A DNA stretch of 64,000 nt, from positions 64,001 to 128,000 of the forward strand of contig CAWJTV010000031.1 of NCBI GenBank assembly GCA_963845755.1. The letters run 5' to 3'. Positions 21,883 through 32,457 of this stretch are shown here, in pieces. Under the pieces are notes generated by a model, which was given only the letters and a program-made list of their open reading frames with translations, had not been told where the DNA came from and made no database searches. The translations under genes were made by a program, and so were the position numbers. Origin of the DNA: an uncultured Planctomycetota bacterium. GTDB lineage: Bacteria > Planctomycetota > Planctomycetia > Isosphaerales > Isosphaeraceae. The first letter of the stretch is position 1, and every line of letters starts with the position of its first letter.

Positions 21883-23115
21883 TCAGCCGAGGATCTCCTT
21901 GGTACGCGGGAGGAGCTTGGCGAAGTTGAGCTGGTTAGGACACGCCTGGCGCGCGGCCTCGAGGTCGGCGCCGTGCCAGTCGCGTGCTACGTCGCCGAGC
22001 TCGGCGTAGAGCCTCCGGGCCTCGGCGCGATACCCGTGATGGTCGTGGTAAGTGAGGAATCGGGTCAGGTTGCCCAGCTCCGCCAACGTGCCGGCCGCCC
22101 GGCTGCACCGCCCGTCGCAGGAGGCGCACATCGTTGAACCGGCGGCGATACAGGCGTCGCGCAGCCGGTCGATCTCGGCCTTTTTCATCGGCTGGAAGAT
22201 CCGCGCCGCCGCGACATTCTCGCGGATCTGGTCGGTATTGCGCATCGAGACGCAGACCGAGGAGAACCGTTCGTCGCTCCAGATCGCATGCAGGAGGGCC
22301 TGATACGGCGTCAGGCCCTTTCCGGTCAGTTCCGGAAGCTGCATGCCGATCTCTTGAAGATTCATGTTGCCGGCGACCTGCTTCATCGAGATCAGCCCGA
22401 TTCCCGCCCTGTGGGCTGCGTCGAGGGCACGATTCATCTCGTCGTTATGGGCAATCCACGGGTTGTTCTGAAGCATGATTGCGTCGACGAACCCTCCTTG
22501 CACGGCGGCCTGGATCAAAAGGTGCCGCGACGGATGATGGGTCGAGAACCCGACGAACCTGGCCTTCCCCGACTTGCGGATCGCATCGGCCGTTGCCTGG
22601 AATTCCGGGCTCATGACCCATCGCCATTCCAGATCGAAGTTCCTGTCACCCAGTGCGTGAAGGAAGATCAGGTCCACATAGTCGGTCTGGAGCGCCTCCA
22701 ATCGCTCATTCAGTTGCCAGATGAGCTGTTGGGGCGTGTTCGGCTGGTCTTTGGTGACCAGGAACAGGTCCTTGCGGGGCACTGGCATCGCGTTGAGCCA
22801 GTTGCCGATCATCGGCTCGGAGCCGTAGCTCTTGGCCGTGTCGACGTATCGCACGCCGTTGGCCCAGGCGACGCGAAGCAATCGTCCGCCTCCCGGGCTC
22901 ATCCAGGTCCCGAGGCTGAGGATGCTCACCGAGGCACCGGTTTTGCCCAGGGGCCTTTTGGGGAGCTCGGCAGCTCGCTTGCTCTTGAGCGAGGGCTGCG
23001 CGGCGGCGGGCTGTCCGTCGCCGAGGGACGCGGCGGCGGCCAGCGCCCCGGCCCCCGTCGCGAGGAACCCGCGCCGGTCGATCTCGCCGGTCTCGATTGC
23101 ACGGTTTTCACTCAT
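21883..23115 (-). CDS. Tat-exported aldo/keto reductase with Cys-rich C-terminus
   Basis: Twin-arginine motif IDRRGFL. AKR motifs RPLGKTG, YVDTAKSYG, LQTDYVDL, GFSTH. C-terminal CASCDGRC...CPN. Confidence 0.88.
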   Translation of the reverse strand: MSENRAIETGEIDRRGFLATGAGALAAAASLGDGQPAAAQPSLKSKRAAELPKRPLGKTGASVSILSLGTWMSPGGGRLLRVAWANGVRYVDTAKSYGSEPMIGNWLNAMPVPRKDLFLVTKDQPNTPQQLIWQLNERLEALQTDYVDLIFLHALGDRNFDLEWRWVMSPEFQATADAIRKSGKARFVGFSTHHPSRHLLIQAAVQGGFVDAIMLQNNPWIAHNDEMNRALDAAHRAGIGLISMKQVAGNMNLQEIGMQLPELTGKGLTPYQALLHAIWSDERFSSVCVSMRNTDQIRENVAAARIFQPMKKAEIDRLRDACIAAGSTMCASCDGRCSRAAGTLAELGNLTRFLTYHDHHGYRAEARRLYAELGDVARDWHGADLEAARQACPNQLNFAKLLPRTKEILG

Positions 23116-23483
23116 GAGTCGTCTCCTCGCTGTCTTGCGACAGGGTGATGCGACGTTCCCGGTGCGTTGTCGCGGTACAGACCAAACTGTCATGGCAAGG
23201 TAATCACCGCCAACCGGATTGTCGAGAAGGCGCCGTTGGCGAGGTGCACAATCCTGTTGCAAGTCAACGCCAGCCCGCAATGCATCCGAGAGGAGCCGGC
23301 ATGGATGGAGCCTCGCCCGCCAGAGAAAGGGATCGATTTCGGTGGAGCGATGTTGAAAACCGGGAACAAAAGTCGGAAGGTGATCCAACAAGCGGAGGAC
23401 ACGATCGAGATCGGACAATTCGGGAACAAGTTAGGTCCATAGAGACTTCCTCCGTAGGCTCGCTGCGCCGTGCGCGCATCTGG

Positions 23484-23568
23484 GGATTCCGAATTCCGGA
23501 TTCGCGATTCCGGATTCCCGGATCATTCCCCTGCGGGAATCCGGAATCTCGAATCGGGAATCCCGATT
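23484..23568. repeat. palindrome built from heptamer units
   Basis: GGATTCC-GAATTCC-GGATTCG-CGATTCC-GGATTCC ... ATTCCC-ctgc-GGGAAT ... GGAATCT-CGAATCG-GGAATCC. Confidence 0.7.
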
Positions 23569-23624
23569 GGGTTGCGGCCGAAGGCCGCGTTAGGAATTCG
23601 ACTAAACTGGGAGGAACCACCGAA

Positions 23625-24774
23625 ATGGAGCCGAACATGATAGGGGCCTATGGTCCATGGGCAGCGGGTCTTGTTGGCGACGGGCCGGCCAGGCTCTCCT
23701 TCCGGCGAGACCAGGTTCCGGCCGCGTCGATTGAGGTCTGGCGCAATCACGCGCGACAGCGGCTTCGAGACTGTCTGATGCAACCCGAGACCGGCCGGAT
23801 CCCCCAAGCCACGATCCAGCACCAGCTCGTCTACGATGATCTGCACGTCGAACATCTGAGCTGGCAACTCCCGTACGGGCCGCCGACCGAAGCCGTCTTC
23901 CTCAAGCCGGCCCGAGCGCAAGGCCGACTCCCTGCAGTACTTGGGCTACACGACCATGGTGGCAACAAGTACTTCGGCTGGCCGAAGATCGCCCAGATGA
24001 GCGACCGGATCCACCCGATGATGACGACGCACCACCAGGACTATTACGGCGGAGTGAGCTGGGCCAACGAACTGGCCAAACGTGGATTCGCAGTCCTGGT
24101 CCACGATACCTTTGCCTTTGCCAGCCGGCGCGTACGCGTCGCCGACGTGTCACCCGTGGTAAGGAAGAATCTCAAGGAGGTCAGCCCCGACTCGGAAGAG
24201 GAGATCAAGGCGTACAATGCGTTTGCTGCCGACCATGAGGATCTGATGGCCAAGAGCCTCTTCTGCGCCGGGACGACCTGGCCGGGTGTCTTCACGGCCG
24301 AGGACCAGCGTGCGCTCGACTACCTGTGCGCCCGTGACGATGTCGACCCATCCCACGTCGGCTGCGCCGGCCTTTCCGGCGGTGGACTGCGCACTTGTTA
24401 CCTCGCCGGACTGGATGAACGCATCCGGTGCGCCTGCTGCGTCGGCATGATGACCACCTGGCGCGATTATCTCTTGAATAAGTGTCATACTCACACCTGG
24501 ATGATCTACATCCCGGGACTGCCGACCGACCTGGACTATCCCGAGATTCTCGGCCTGCGCAGTCCCCCTGCCGACGTTGGTCCTTAACGACATTGCCGAT
24601 CAGCTCTTCACGCCGCCGGAGATGCAACGAGCCGACCGCATCCTGTCCGAAGTCTATGCCAAGGCGGGCGCGAGCGACCGATATCGATGTTCCTTCTATC
24701 CCGGGCCCCACAAGTTCGATCGTCCGATGCAGGCCGAGGCGTTCGCATGGTTCGAGCGCTGGCTGAAGTCGTGA
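23625..24774 (+). CDS. alpha/beta hydrolase (dienelactone hydrolase/acetylxylan esterase-like), frameshift ~24570
   Basis: Motifs PAVLGLHDHGG, nucleophile elbow GLSGGG, and FYPGPH in the distal fragment; GGAGG RBS. Confidence 0.85.
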
Positions 24775-24788
24775 TGCTCCATCACTCG

Positions 24789-25199
24789 TCAAACGTCGGC
24801 GGAGGTCGGAGGCAGTCCGCTAGAGTGGTGGGTTGATCGATGTTGGACGAGTGCCGCCAGGCACGCAGCGATGCCGCCGAACACTGCAATGCCGCCAAAC
24901 TCCACGAACGAGAGGATCACACCGACCGCCAGCAGTTGATCGTGATAGCCATAAATAATATAATAGTGTGTGAAACCGACTAATTCACCCATGAAGCCGC
25001 CGATGACGAACGCCGAGGCGAGCGTCAGAAATCGCGGCTTCTCGTTCCTTCTGGACAGGAACGTCGCAACCATTCCACCGAGGGCCCCGATGACGACCAC
25101 GTAGATGAGTGAGATTGCCATACTTCCCGTACGTGTCTGCCAGTACGTGGCGGGAAGGCAAAGCGCCCCGGCTATCGCGGGTGGTAGGAACGATTTCAC
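24789..25199 (-). CDS. hypothetical 4-TM membrane protein
   Basis: 136 aa, hydrophobic; GGAG RBS before GTG. Confidence 0.6.
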   Translation of the reverse strand: MKSFLPPAIAGALCLPATYWQTRTGSMAISLIYVVVIGALGGMVATFLSRRNEKPRFLTLASAFVIGGFMGELVGFTHYYIIYGYHDQLLAVGVILSFVEFGGIAVFGGIAACLAALVQHRSTHHSSGLPPTSADV

Positions 25200-25310
25200 G
25201 CCCGATTACTCCGTTTCTGATAGTTCCGACCGGCAAACCAGTATCGGATTACCGACGTCAGTCGATCGTTCCGGACGCTCACCGAAAGGAGCCGGCGTGA
25301 GGAGGGTCGA

Positions 25311-26762
25311 TCAAGTCGCGACAGCCAGGTTCTCCGCCGGCGCGACTCGCATCGGCTGGAGCCGCCAGTAGGTCAGCGACCGCCAGAGCCACTCGGCCGG
25401 CCCGAATCGAAAGTATCTCAGCCAGATCGGGCTGACGATCAGTTGCGCGATCCAGATCGTCAAGACGATCGCGGCCAGCCCCGTGCGGTTGATCGTTCCG
25501 AATAGGCCGAAGCCATAACCGTAGAAGAGCGTGGTGCAGACGATCGAGTGGGTCAGATAGTTACTCAGGGCCATGCGTCCCACTGCGGCCAGATGTTGGG
25601 TGAGCCAGGTCAGCGCGCCGGACTGAACGATCAGCATGAGCAGTCCCACATGCCCCAGCGCCACGATCAAGCTGCCATATACGTTGTAGAACATACCCCC
25701 GTGAAGTGAGTAGTCGATCGAGAAGCGATGGTCGATCAACTGCGTCGCGTCGAAGACCATGAGCGGCAGGCCGATTCCGTAGCCAAGTCCGACCATGAGC
25801 AGGTAAAACCGCCGCGACCGCGCAGCGGAAAAGACCCCCAGCTTCATCAGGCCCATACCCAGGAGCATCCGGCCGCCCGCGAAAAGCGCACCACCCAGGA
25901 GGAAGCCAATCGTATGCTCGATCATGAGCTGAAAGGCCCGGCGCTTGACGATCCCGACATACCCGCCGCGATGGATCGTCATGTCTTTGTCCCATTCCTT
26001 GGCCTCCTGCTCGGGGTTGGGCATTAGGTTCTTCTGGACACCATTGGTCCACCAGCCGTGGAGTCGTCGATCCCACCCACTGGGTGTTTCGCCGGCCCTG
26101 GTCTGGGCTTCAACGCGGGCCGTCGCCGCCTTCATCAGATTCATACCCCAAACGAAACCCAGGACGATCGGCACGAGCAGCATCAAGGCCGAGACGCCTA
26201 GGATGATGAGCGTCTTGGGCCGCATGTTCCGGAAGAGGTAAAGGAACAGGCCGCATTCGGCATAGAGCACCAGGATGTCGCCACTCCAGATCAGATAAGC
26301 ATGAATCACACCGATCAAGAGCAGCCACACGACCCGGCGAAAGTATACCCCGCGTATGGAGGCACCTCGCGACGCGGCCCGCTGGTCCATCAGCACCAGT
26401 CCGCCGCCGAAGAGCATCGAGAAGATCGTCATCATCTTGCCTTCGAAGACCAGATGATTAAAGAACCAGACGGCGCGATCGGTCCCCTCGAAGCCGCCGC
26501 CGCGGAAGGGATTACCGTAAGCTGCAAATGGCCATCCGAATCCGACAATATTCATCGCCAGGATGCCCAAGAGGGCGAAGCCACGGAGCGTGTCCACGGC
26601 AAAGAGCCGCTCTGTAGCCGACACCGGCGCGACTCTGGGCTGTACCGTCGCTGTCTCGGCATCATCGACACACAGCTTGGCGTTCGCCTCGTCGGAGGCC
26701 GGCTCGGTATCCAGCAGGGTCGGTTCGAGCGCCGGCTGGCCGGCTTGCACGTCGAGCGACAT
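25311..26762 (-). CDS. DUF418 (YeiB-like) membrane protein
   Basis: Motifs DTLRGFALLGILAMNI, FSMLFG, WSGDIL, GRMALSNY, FRFGPAEWLWRSLTY. Confidence 0.92.
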   Translation of the reverse strand: MSLDVQAGQPALEPTLLDTEPASDEANAKLCVDDAETATVQPRVAPVSATERLFAVDTLRGFALLGILAMNIVGFGWPFAAYGNPFRGGGFEGTDRAVWFFNHLVFEGKMMTIFSMLFGGGLVLMDQRAASRGASIRGVYFRRVVWLLLIGVIHAYLIWSGDILVLYAECGLFLYLFRNMRPKTLIILGVSALMLLVPIVLGFVWGMNLMKAATARVEAQTRAGETPSGWDRRLHGWWTNGVQKNLMPNPEQEAKEWDKDMTIHRGGYVGIVKRRAFQLMIEHTIGFLLGGALFAGGRMLLGMGLMKLGVFSAARSRRFYLLMVGLGYGIGLPLMVFDATQLIDHRFSIDYSLHGGMFYNVYGSLIVALGHVGLLMLIVQSGALTWLTQHLAAVGRMALSNYLTHSIVCTTLFYGYGFGLFGTINRTGLAAIVLTIWIAQLIVSPIWLRYFRFGPAEWLWRSLTYWRLQPMRVAPAENLAVAT

Positions 26763-26919
26763 CGCACATCCTCGTGAAATAGGAGTCGGACGGATCGATC
26801 CTTCTTCCGCCTCGCTCGATCGTACGAGCAAAGGGGCGGTGAGTTTATCATGGTTTTCGGCATCAGCCTAGAATTATTGAAAACCGCCCCAGAGACCTCG
26901 CCCTCCCCAGGAATCCGCC

Positions 26920-26956
26920 TTGACGGAGGACTCACCATGGTTTAGAAGTGAACCAT
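26920..26956 (+). promoter_or_regulatory. sigma70-like promoter overlapped by an inverted repeat (candidate MarR operator)
   Basis: TTGACG (26920)-17 nt-TAGAAG (26943). The palindrome ATGGTT-N8-AACCAT (26937-26956) covers the -10 box. Confidence 0.55.
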
Positions 26957-26957
26957 C

Positions 26958-27449
26958 ATGGGTGATGTGTTACGGAAAGATCCGAGTTCGTGGAAGCTCC
27001 CGATCCTGACTGACCCGAGGGAGTTGCCGCTCCAGACATGGGTGAGGCTGATCCGTGGCCGCGAGCGGATCGGCCGCCGGCTGGAGCAATTGTTCGCCCG
27101 GCACGGGCTGACACCGGCGCAATTCGATGTGCTTGCGACGCTGCAACGGGGAGAAGGTATCACACAACAGGAGCTTTCCGAACGGCTGCTGGTCACAAAG
27201 GGGAACGTCTGCGGACTGATTGACCGCGCCGAGGCGGCCGGCTGGGTCGAACGGAGACCCGACCCTGAGGACCGGAGGGCCAACCGGCTTTACCTGACGG
27301 AATCCGGGTGCCAGCGGCTGGCCGAGACGCTCCCCGCTCATCATGCTGTAATCGAACGGATCCTCGGGCAGCTTGGACCAGGAAAACTCGAGGAGTTACA
27401 CAATCTTCTGGACGATCTCATCCAGGCCGCCGAACATGACCCGTATTGA
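26958..27449 (+). CDS. MarR-family transcriptional regulator
   Basis: Motifs GLTPAQFDVL, TQQELSERL and GWVERRPDPEDRRA; divergent from the DUF418 gene. Confidence 0.93.
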   Translation: MGDVLRKDPSSWKLPILTDPRELPLQTWVRLIRGRERIGRRLEQLFARHGLTPAQFDVLATLQRGEGITQQELSERLLVTKGNVCGLIDRAEAAGWVERRPDPEDRRANRLYLTESGCQRLAETLPAHHAVIERILGQLGPGKLEELHNLLDDLIQAAEHDPY

Positions 27450-27476
27450 GCGTTCCGCTCTCATGACCGAGTGCAT

Positions 27477-28165
27477 CACGACATCGGTCTCAGCGCGCGC
27501 TTGACGACCAGGACGCACGTCGTGATCGCGATGGGGTTCAGCGTGAAGAAGTTGAGGAATCCGCCAAGGCCCCGACCCTAGCGGCGTGGCGACGGGCCTC
27601 GAAGGGCATTGTGATATCGATGGTTGACAGGCGACGCGCAGTCGCGGACGACCAGGGTGACGAGGATCGTCAGGACGGACGCGGCGGACGGGATCGCGAG
27701 CCGGCGCGTGCCCAGGTCCGAGCCAGATCGGACCGTCAACCAGTCGGCTCCCTGACTGCCCATCCCAATCAGGACGAGAAGTCCATAGGGGAGTGCCAGG
27801 GTGCCTAGGACCGCGCTACGTGCCGCCGGTTCGAGCCAAAGCAGCCAGAGCCATGCCTCGGCAGCCCCGGTCGCCAGCCCCAGGATCGCCAGCACGCACA
27901 GCCGGCGGGCGGCCAGGTCCAGGTCGGCTGCTTCATGGAGCCGGCGGCCCCAGTGAACCCGCCAGGCCAGCCCTGTCGCCAAAGTGGGGAATGACACAGT
28001 CATCCAGTAACCCAGTCGCGGCCAGATCTCCGAGTCGCGGAAGTACCATCGGCCCGATGCGTAGAACTTGGTCCAGGTTTCCGGATGGACGCTCAAGAGA
28101 TGGTTCTCCGTCCACGTCCAGGCCGCGTAGAAGAAACACGCCTGCGTCAGAAAAGTCACGGCTGC
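27477..28165 (-). pseudogene. 5'-truncated, frameshifted membrane protein remnant
   Basis: Multi-TM coding fragment (AWTWTENHLLS...WPRLGYW) with no plausible N-terminus and a broken C-terminus. Confidence 0.5.
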
Positions 28166-28347
28166 CCATGGTTGGCGGCGAGGTCCATCGACCTCGCAGC
28201 CCCGAGCGGCCTGGCATGGACAGCTTCATCCTATATCGAAACCGTAGTACAATGAACGGCGGCTGTGATTGGTAATGACAGCAGATTCCAGCGAGTCCAG
28301 GCCGCCCACCTTATGCTCGGCGGCCCTGACGGAGAAGGCGGATAGAC

Positions 28348-28827
28348 ATGAACGGAAGACCGATGCAAAGCCGGAAGTTCGGAGGATGGGCCTCCTGGGG
28401 ACTCCTGATCATCGGACTGGCGGGCATGCTCACGAACGAGCCGGCACGGGGCGTCGGGAAGACCGAGCCAGACGGGCCGCTAAAGGCCGTCGTCCATGTG
28501 AACTTCGCTCAGACGACCCACCAAAGACTGGGCCTGAAGAATGTTGAGAACATCATGAGGACCGCGGCTGCGGAAGGACTCAAGACTGAGATTGAGATCG
28601 TCTGCCACGGCGATGGCATCCGCCTCGTCGAGAAGGCCCGGACCGAGTTGGCCGACGAGGTTGCTGCCATGGCGAATCAGGGGCATCGATTCGTCGCCTG
28701 CGAGAATACGATGCGCGAGCGGTCGCTAGGACGGGACGATCTGCTGCCGGGCGTCGGTCTGGTCCCATCCGGCGCTTTCGAGATCGTGCGCCGACAGCAG
28801 GACGGCTTTTCGTATTTCAAGCCCTGA
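28348..28827 (+). CDS. DsrE-family protein with signal peptide
   Basis: Motifs KAVVHVN, NVENI, IEIVCHGDGI, FVACENTM, VPSG...QQDGFSYFKP. Confidence 0.85.
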   Translation: MNGRPMQSRKFGGWASWGLLIIGLAGMLTNEPARGVGKTEPDGPLKAVVHVNFAQTTHQRLGLKNVENIMRTAAAEGLKTEIEIVCHGDGIRLVEKARTELADEVAAMANQGHRFVACENTMRERSLGRDDLLPGVGLVPSGAFEIVRRQQDGFSYFKP

Positions 28828-28923
28828 CTGCATTCGTATTCTCAATGTGGCATTGATTCTAGATACACGCCGAATCACGATGAGGCCATGTTGAAAGTGT
28901 GCCGTAGAGCACGGGTCAAAGCC

Positions 28924-30411
28924 CAATACCGTTGAAATAGGCGCAAGCCACAGCCTCCTGTTACTTTGGGTTTACTCACGACCCAAGCAACACGGAGGCC
29001 ATGACTCGCATGCCGCACGGACATTGCACGCTGCCGCCCGATGCGTCGGGCCGGATCTTGGATCGCTTGGCGGGACTGGAACAGATTATCTCGCCCGAGG
29101 CCGTTCGCCAAGTCCTCGCGGCCACCGGTAAAACCAATCAACGACGTTGCACACTGACCCACGAGATTGTTTGCTGGGTGGTCCTGGCCATGGGGCTGTT
29201 GACCGACTTGCCGATCCGCCAAGTCTTCAAGCATGCACGCCGGCTCCGAGTCGGCGAGGAGAGTCCCCATCGATCCAGCCTGTGTGTGGCCCGGCAACGC
29301 CTGGGCATCGCGCCGGTCCGCCACCTGTTCGAGCACGTCGTTCATCCTCTGGCCCGGCCCGATACGCCCGGAGCCTTCTACCGCGGGTTCCGCCTGGTCG
29401 GCATCGATGGGACCGTCTACGATGTCCCCGACTCGGAGGCCAACGCCGCGGCCTTCGCGCGCCCTCGGCCGGGCCGCGCGGCGACGGCGCGTTCCCCCAA
29501 GTCCGCAAGCTGAGCCTGGTCGAATTGGGGACCCACATCGAACTGGCCTTCGTGGTCCGGTCGATCGCCCACGGCGAACCGTCGATGGTCGGCGGCTTGC
29601 TCCGCCATCTGACTCCGGAGATGCTCCTGTTGGAGGATCGCGGGTTTTTCAGCTATGACCACTGGAAAACGGCGATGTTGCGGGGCGTCCAGCTGTTGGC
29701 ACGCGTGAAAAGCGGCTTGATCCTCAAGTCGATCCAAAACCTGGCGGATGGCTCGTACCTGGCCAAGATTTATCGGGGTTGCTACGACCGTCAGATCGAT
29801 CGGGATGGGATCGTCGTCCGGGTGATCCGCTATACACTGGACGACCCGCAACGAGTCGGACACGGTGAAACTCATGTGCTGATCACGAATCTCCTTGACG
29901 CGGAGCTTTATCCTGCTGAAGAATTGATTATTCTTTATCACGAGAGATGGGAACAGGAGTTGGTCTATGATGAGCAAAAGACCCATCATGATCCGCGGCG
30001 GGCGACCAAGCCGGCACAGATGCGAAGCGAGACCCCGGCGGGGGTGATCCAGGAGATCTATGCGCTGTCGCTGGGTCATTTCGTGATCCGAGCCTTGATG
30101 GTTGCGGCCGCCGGGACCGTGGGGCTGGACCCGGATCGGCTGTCGTTTCTGGGGTGCTTCCAGATCCTCAAGTGCCGGTTGCCAGAATGCAACAGCTCGA
30201 CCCCCGAGGCGTTCGAGGAGTGGTACCAGGGATTGTTGTGGGAGATGCAGGGGAGCGCACCGATGACGAAATGCGGAGGAACCGGATCAATCCGCGAGTG
30301 ATCAAGCGTAAAATGTCCAAGTGGAAAAAGAAACGATCCAAACATCGACACATTCCGCCCTTGAAGAAAACCTTTGCAGAGACAGTGGTTATGCTTCCTT
30401 AAACGGTATTG
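28924..30411 (+). mobile_element. IS4-family insertion sequence (1,488 bp) with 10-bp target duplication GGTCAAAGCC
   Basis: Terminal inverted repeats CAATACCGTT...AACGGTATTG. GGTCAAAGCC occurs at 28914-28923 and 30412-30421. Confidence 0.9.
29001..30402 (+). CDS. IS4-family DDE transposase (frameshifts ~29465 and ~30250)
   Basis: IS4 N-terminal domain, GIDGT, EDRGF and LYHERWEQELVYDEQK (YREK-like). The stop codon lies within the right IR. Confidence 0.9.
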
Positions 30412-30486
30412 GGTCAAAGCCGGCTTCCTACACGAGTCCAGGAACAAATGAGTCTTCGAGTCAATCCGACATTGGAAGAGAACTTC

Positions 30487-31140
30487 ATGAAGCGACAACC
30501 CATGGAAGAACCGCGATTTCGTCCTTCGATCTCCATCGTGCTGGCTTGCGCAGTGAGCGCCGGTGCCGGTATCTTCTTGGGGGTCGTAGCGATGAGGCCG
30601 GCCGCAGCCCGTGCCGACGGCCATGCAGGAGCTGCGTCAACCGGCCCGAAGGCCCCGATCCAGGAGGTCCTGCATTGTCCGCTGGTCTTCGCGGGGGTGC
30701 ATCTGCTGAAAGACCTGCCTGAGCGGTCCCAGGTCGCCTACCATTTCTGCAAGCCCGTAAACGAGGATCTGAATCAATGTGTCCTCTATGACGGGATCGG
30801 CCCCGACGCCAGGTTGATCGGCATCGAGTACTTGGTCAGCGACGCCGTCTACCAGAAGATGCCCACCGAGGAAAAGGCGTACTGGCACGACCACAAATAC
30901 GAGGTCGACAACGGTCTCTTGAAGAGTATGATCCAGAGCGGCGATGAAGAGAAGCAGACCCTCGCCAAGGTTCGCACCCTCTGGGGCAAGGTCTATCACA
31001 CCTGGGCCTCGGGCACGAGCTATCCGCGCGGGCCCGCGCGACTGTACTGGTCCGTGACCGGTGAAGAGCCGTTCATCCTCTCGCACGATGCCAAGCTCCC
31101 GCCGGAATTGGCGAAGGCGACCCGGACCGGAACGAAGTAA
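30487..31140 (+). CDS. DUF1264 (OBAP-like) protein with N-terminal TM/signal
   Basis: Motifs AYHFC...QCVLYDG...ARLIGIEY...EEKAYWHDHKYEV...WGKVYHTW. Confidence 0.85.
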   Translation: MKRQPMEEPRFRPSISIVLACAVSAGAGIFLGVVAMRPAAARADGHAGAASTGPKAPIQEVLHCPLVFAGVHLLKDLPERSQVAYHFCKPVNEDLNQCVLYDGIGPDARLIGIEYLVSDAVYQKMPTEEKAYWHDHKYEVDNGLLKSMIQSGDEEKQTLAKVRTLWGKVYHTWASGTSYPRGPARLYWSVTGEEPFILSHDAKLPPELAKATRTGTK

Positions 31141-31222
31141 ATCCAGAGGCAGGATCTCGGTCGTGGTGCAACCGAAGGGTCGAAGCTGTTGTGCATGATT
31201 CTTCGAGCCGATCGCACGTAAA

Positions 31223-31513
31223 TTGGGCCGATGGGCCGAGATTAATCAGTATCATATGATTTTCAAGAGACGCTTCATGACCTGCTGGGATGGCGTTTCT
31301 CCCCCCTTCTGGTGCTGGGGCTGGAATATCTTCCGGCTCGCCGTTCAAGATCGAGAGGGGAGGACCCAGTACGGCTGGGTGCGTTGCGATGATCGGGAAG
31401 TCCTAGCGGTCTGGGACACGGGAAGAATCGAAAAGACTGTCTGGAGCGAGGTCGCGGAGAAGCCTGAGATCGCCCAGCCTGCCCTCATCTGGCACCGAGG
31501 TTTGGACAGATGA
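31223..31513 (+). CDS. small hypothetical protein or gene remnant
   Basis: Protein-like Trp-rich sequence (FRLAVQDREGRTQYGWVRC); start uncertain. Confidence 0.35.
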   Translation: MGRWAEINQYHMIFKRRFMTCWDGVSPPFWCWGWNIFRLAVQDREGRTQYGWVRCDDREVLAVWDTGRIEKTVWSEVAEKPEIAQPALIWHRGLDR

Positions 31514-31614
31514 GTCGATTCCCCCGTAGATCGGCACTGGAATCTCGACTCGCCGAAACTCTGGCGATCGATGGTGCGGCGAGCCAGAGATCGCCGGGTT
31601 TCCACCGATACCAA

Positions 31615-32298
31615 TCAATGCGTCCCGGCGAGCCCAGCCCTAAGCCGGGCGATGCCGGCGGCCGGTCCGCCTGTCGCTTTGTAGATCGCCGAGCCGGCGA
31701 CGAGGACGGTCGCACCTGCCTCGACTACGCGGGCCGCCGTGTGCGGCTCGATCCCACCGTCGACCTCCAGCTCGCAGTCGGGCCGGACCTGCTCGATCAT
31801 CCTTCGGACCCGACCGATTTTCGACAGCGTGCCCGCCAGGAATTCCTGTCCCCCGAAACCCGGATTGACGGTCATCACCAAGACCAGCTCGAGATCCGGT
31901 AGGACCTCCTCGAGCGTGGTGGCAGGCGTCGCCGGGTTGATCGCCACGCCGGCGCGCTTACCCAGCGAATGGATCGCCTGAATCGTCCGGTTCAGGTGGA
32001 TCGCACCCTCCTGGTGGACGATGAGAGTGTCGGCGCCGGCTTCGGCGAATGCCTCGAGGAACCGCTCCGGCTTTTCAATCATCAAGTGCACTTCAAGGGG
32101 AATCGGCGAGACCGGTCGGAGCCACCGCACTACCACGGGCCCGAAGGTGATATTCGGCACGAAGTGCCCGTCCATCACGTCGACATGGATCCGATCCGCG
32201 CCGGCTGCCACCACCTGGGTTACTGCCTCGGCCAGATATGCCGCGTCCGCCGCCAGGATCGACGGAGCCAGCTTGATCGCCTCGGGCTGCTTGTTCAT
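31615..32298 (-). CDS. rpe: ribulose-phosphate 3-epimerase
   Basis: Motifs LAPSIL, HVDVMDGHFVPNITFG, VHLMI, MTVNPGFGGQ, EVDGG, VAGSA. Confidence 0.97.
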   Translation of the reverse strand: MNKQPEAIKLAPSILAADAAYLAEAVTQVVAAGADRIHVDVMDGHFVPNITFGPVVVRWLRPVSPIPLEVHLMIEKPERFLEAFAEAGADTLIVHQEGAIHLNRTIQAIHSLGKRAGVAINPATPATTLEEVLPDLELVLVMTVNPGFGGQEFLAGTLSKIGRVRRMIEQVRPDCELEVDGGIEPHTAARVVEAGATVLVAGSAIYKATGGPAAGIARLRAGLAGTH

Positions 32299-32457
32299 GG
32301 ATGGAAAAACTCCGGTGGTTGTACACACAGCCTGTGAAAGAATCGGATTCGAGATCCAGAATTCATGATTCAAGCAGATCAAGTCTCTGATCCATTGGCC
32401 TTAACACCCATTCGAACTCCGGAATTTGTAAATGGGAATCGATCCTGTCACGCCCTG

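Noticed and set aside
17973..23568. CRISPR array from the repeated GATTCC units
   Set aside because: Units are 7 nt, degenerate and lack unique spacers; no cas genes are present.
29455..29475. Programmed frameshift in the transposase
   Set aside because: IS4 transposases are single ORFs, no slippery A-tract is present, and similar indels occur throughout the window.
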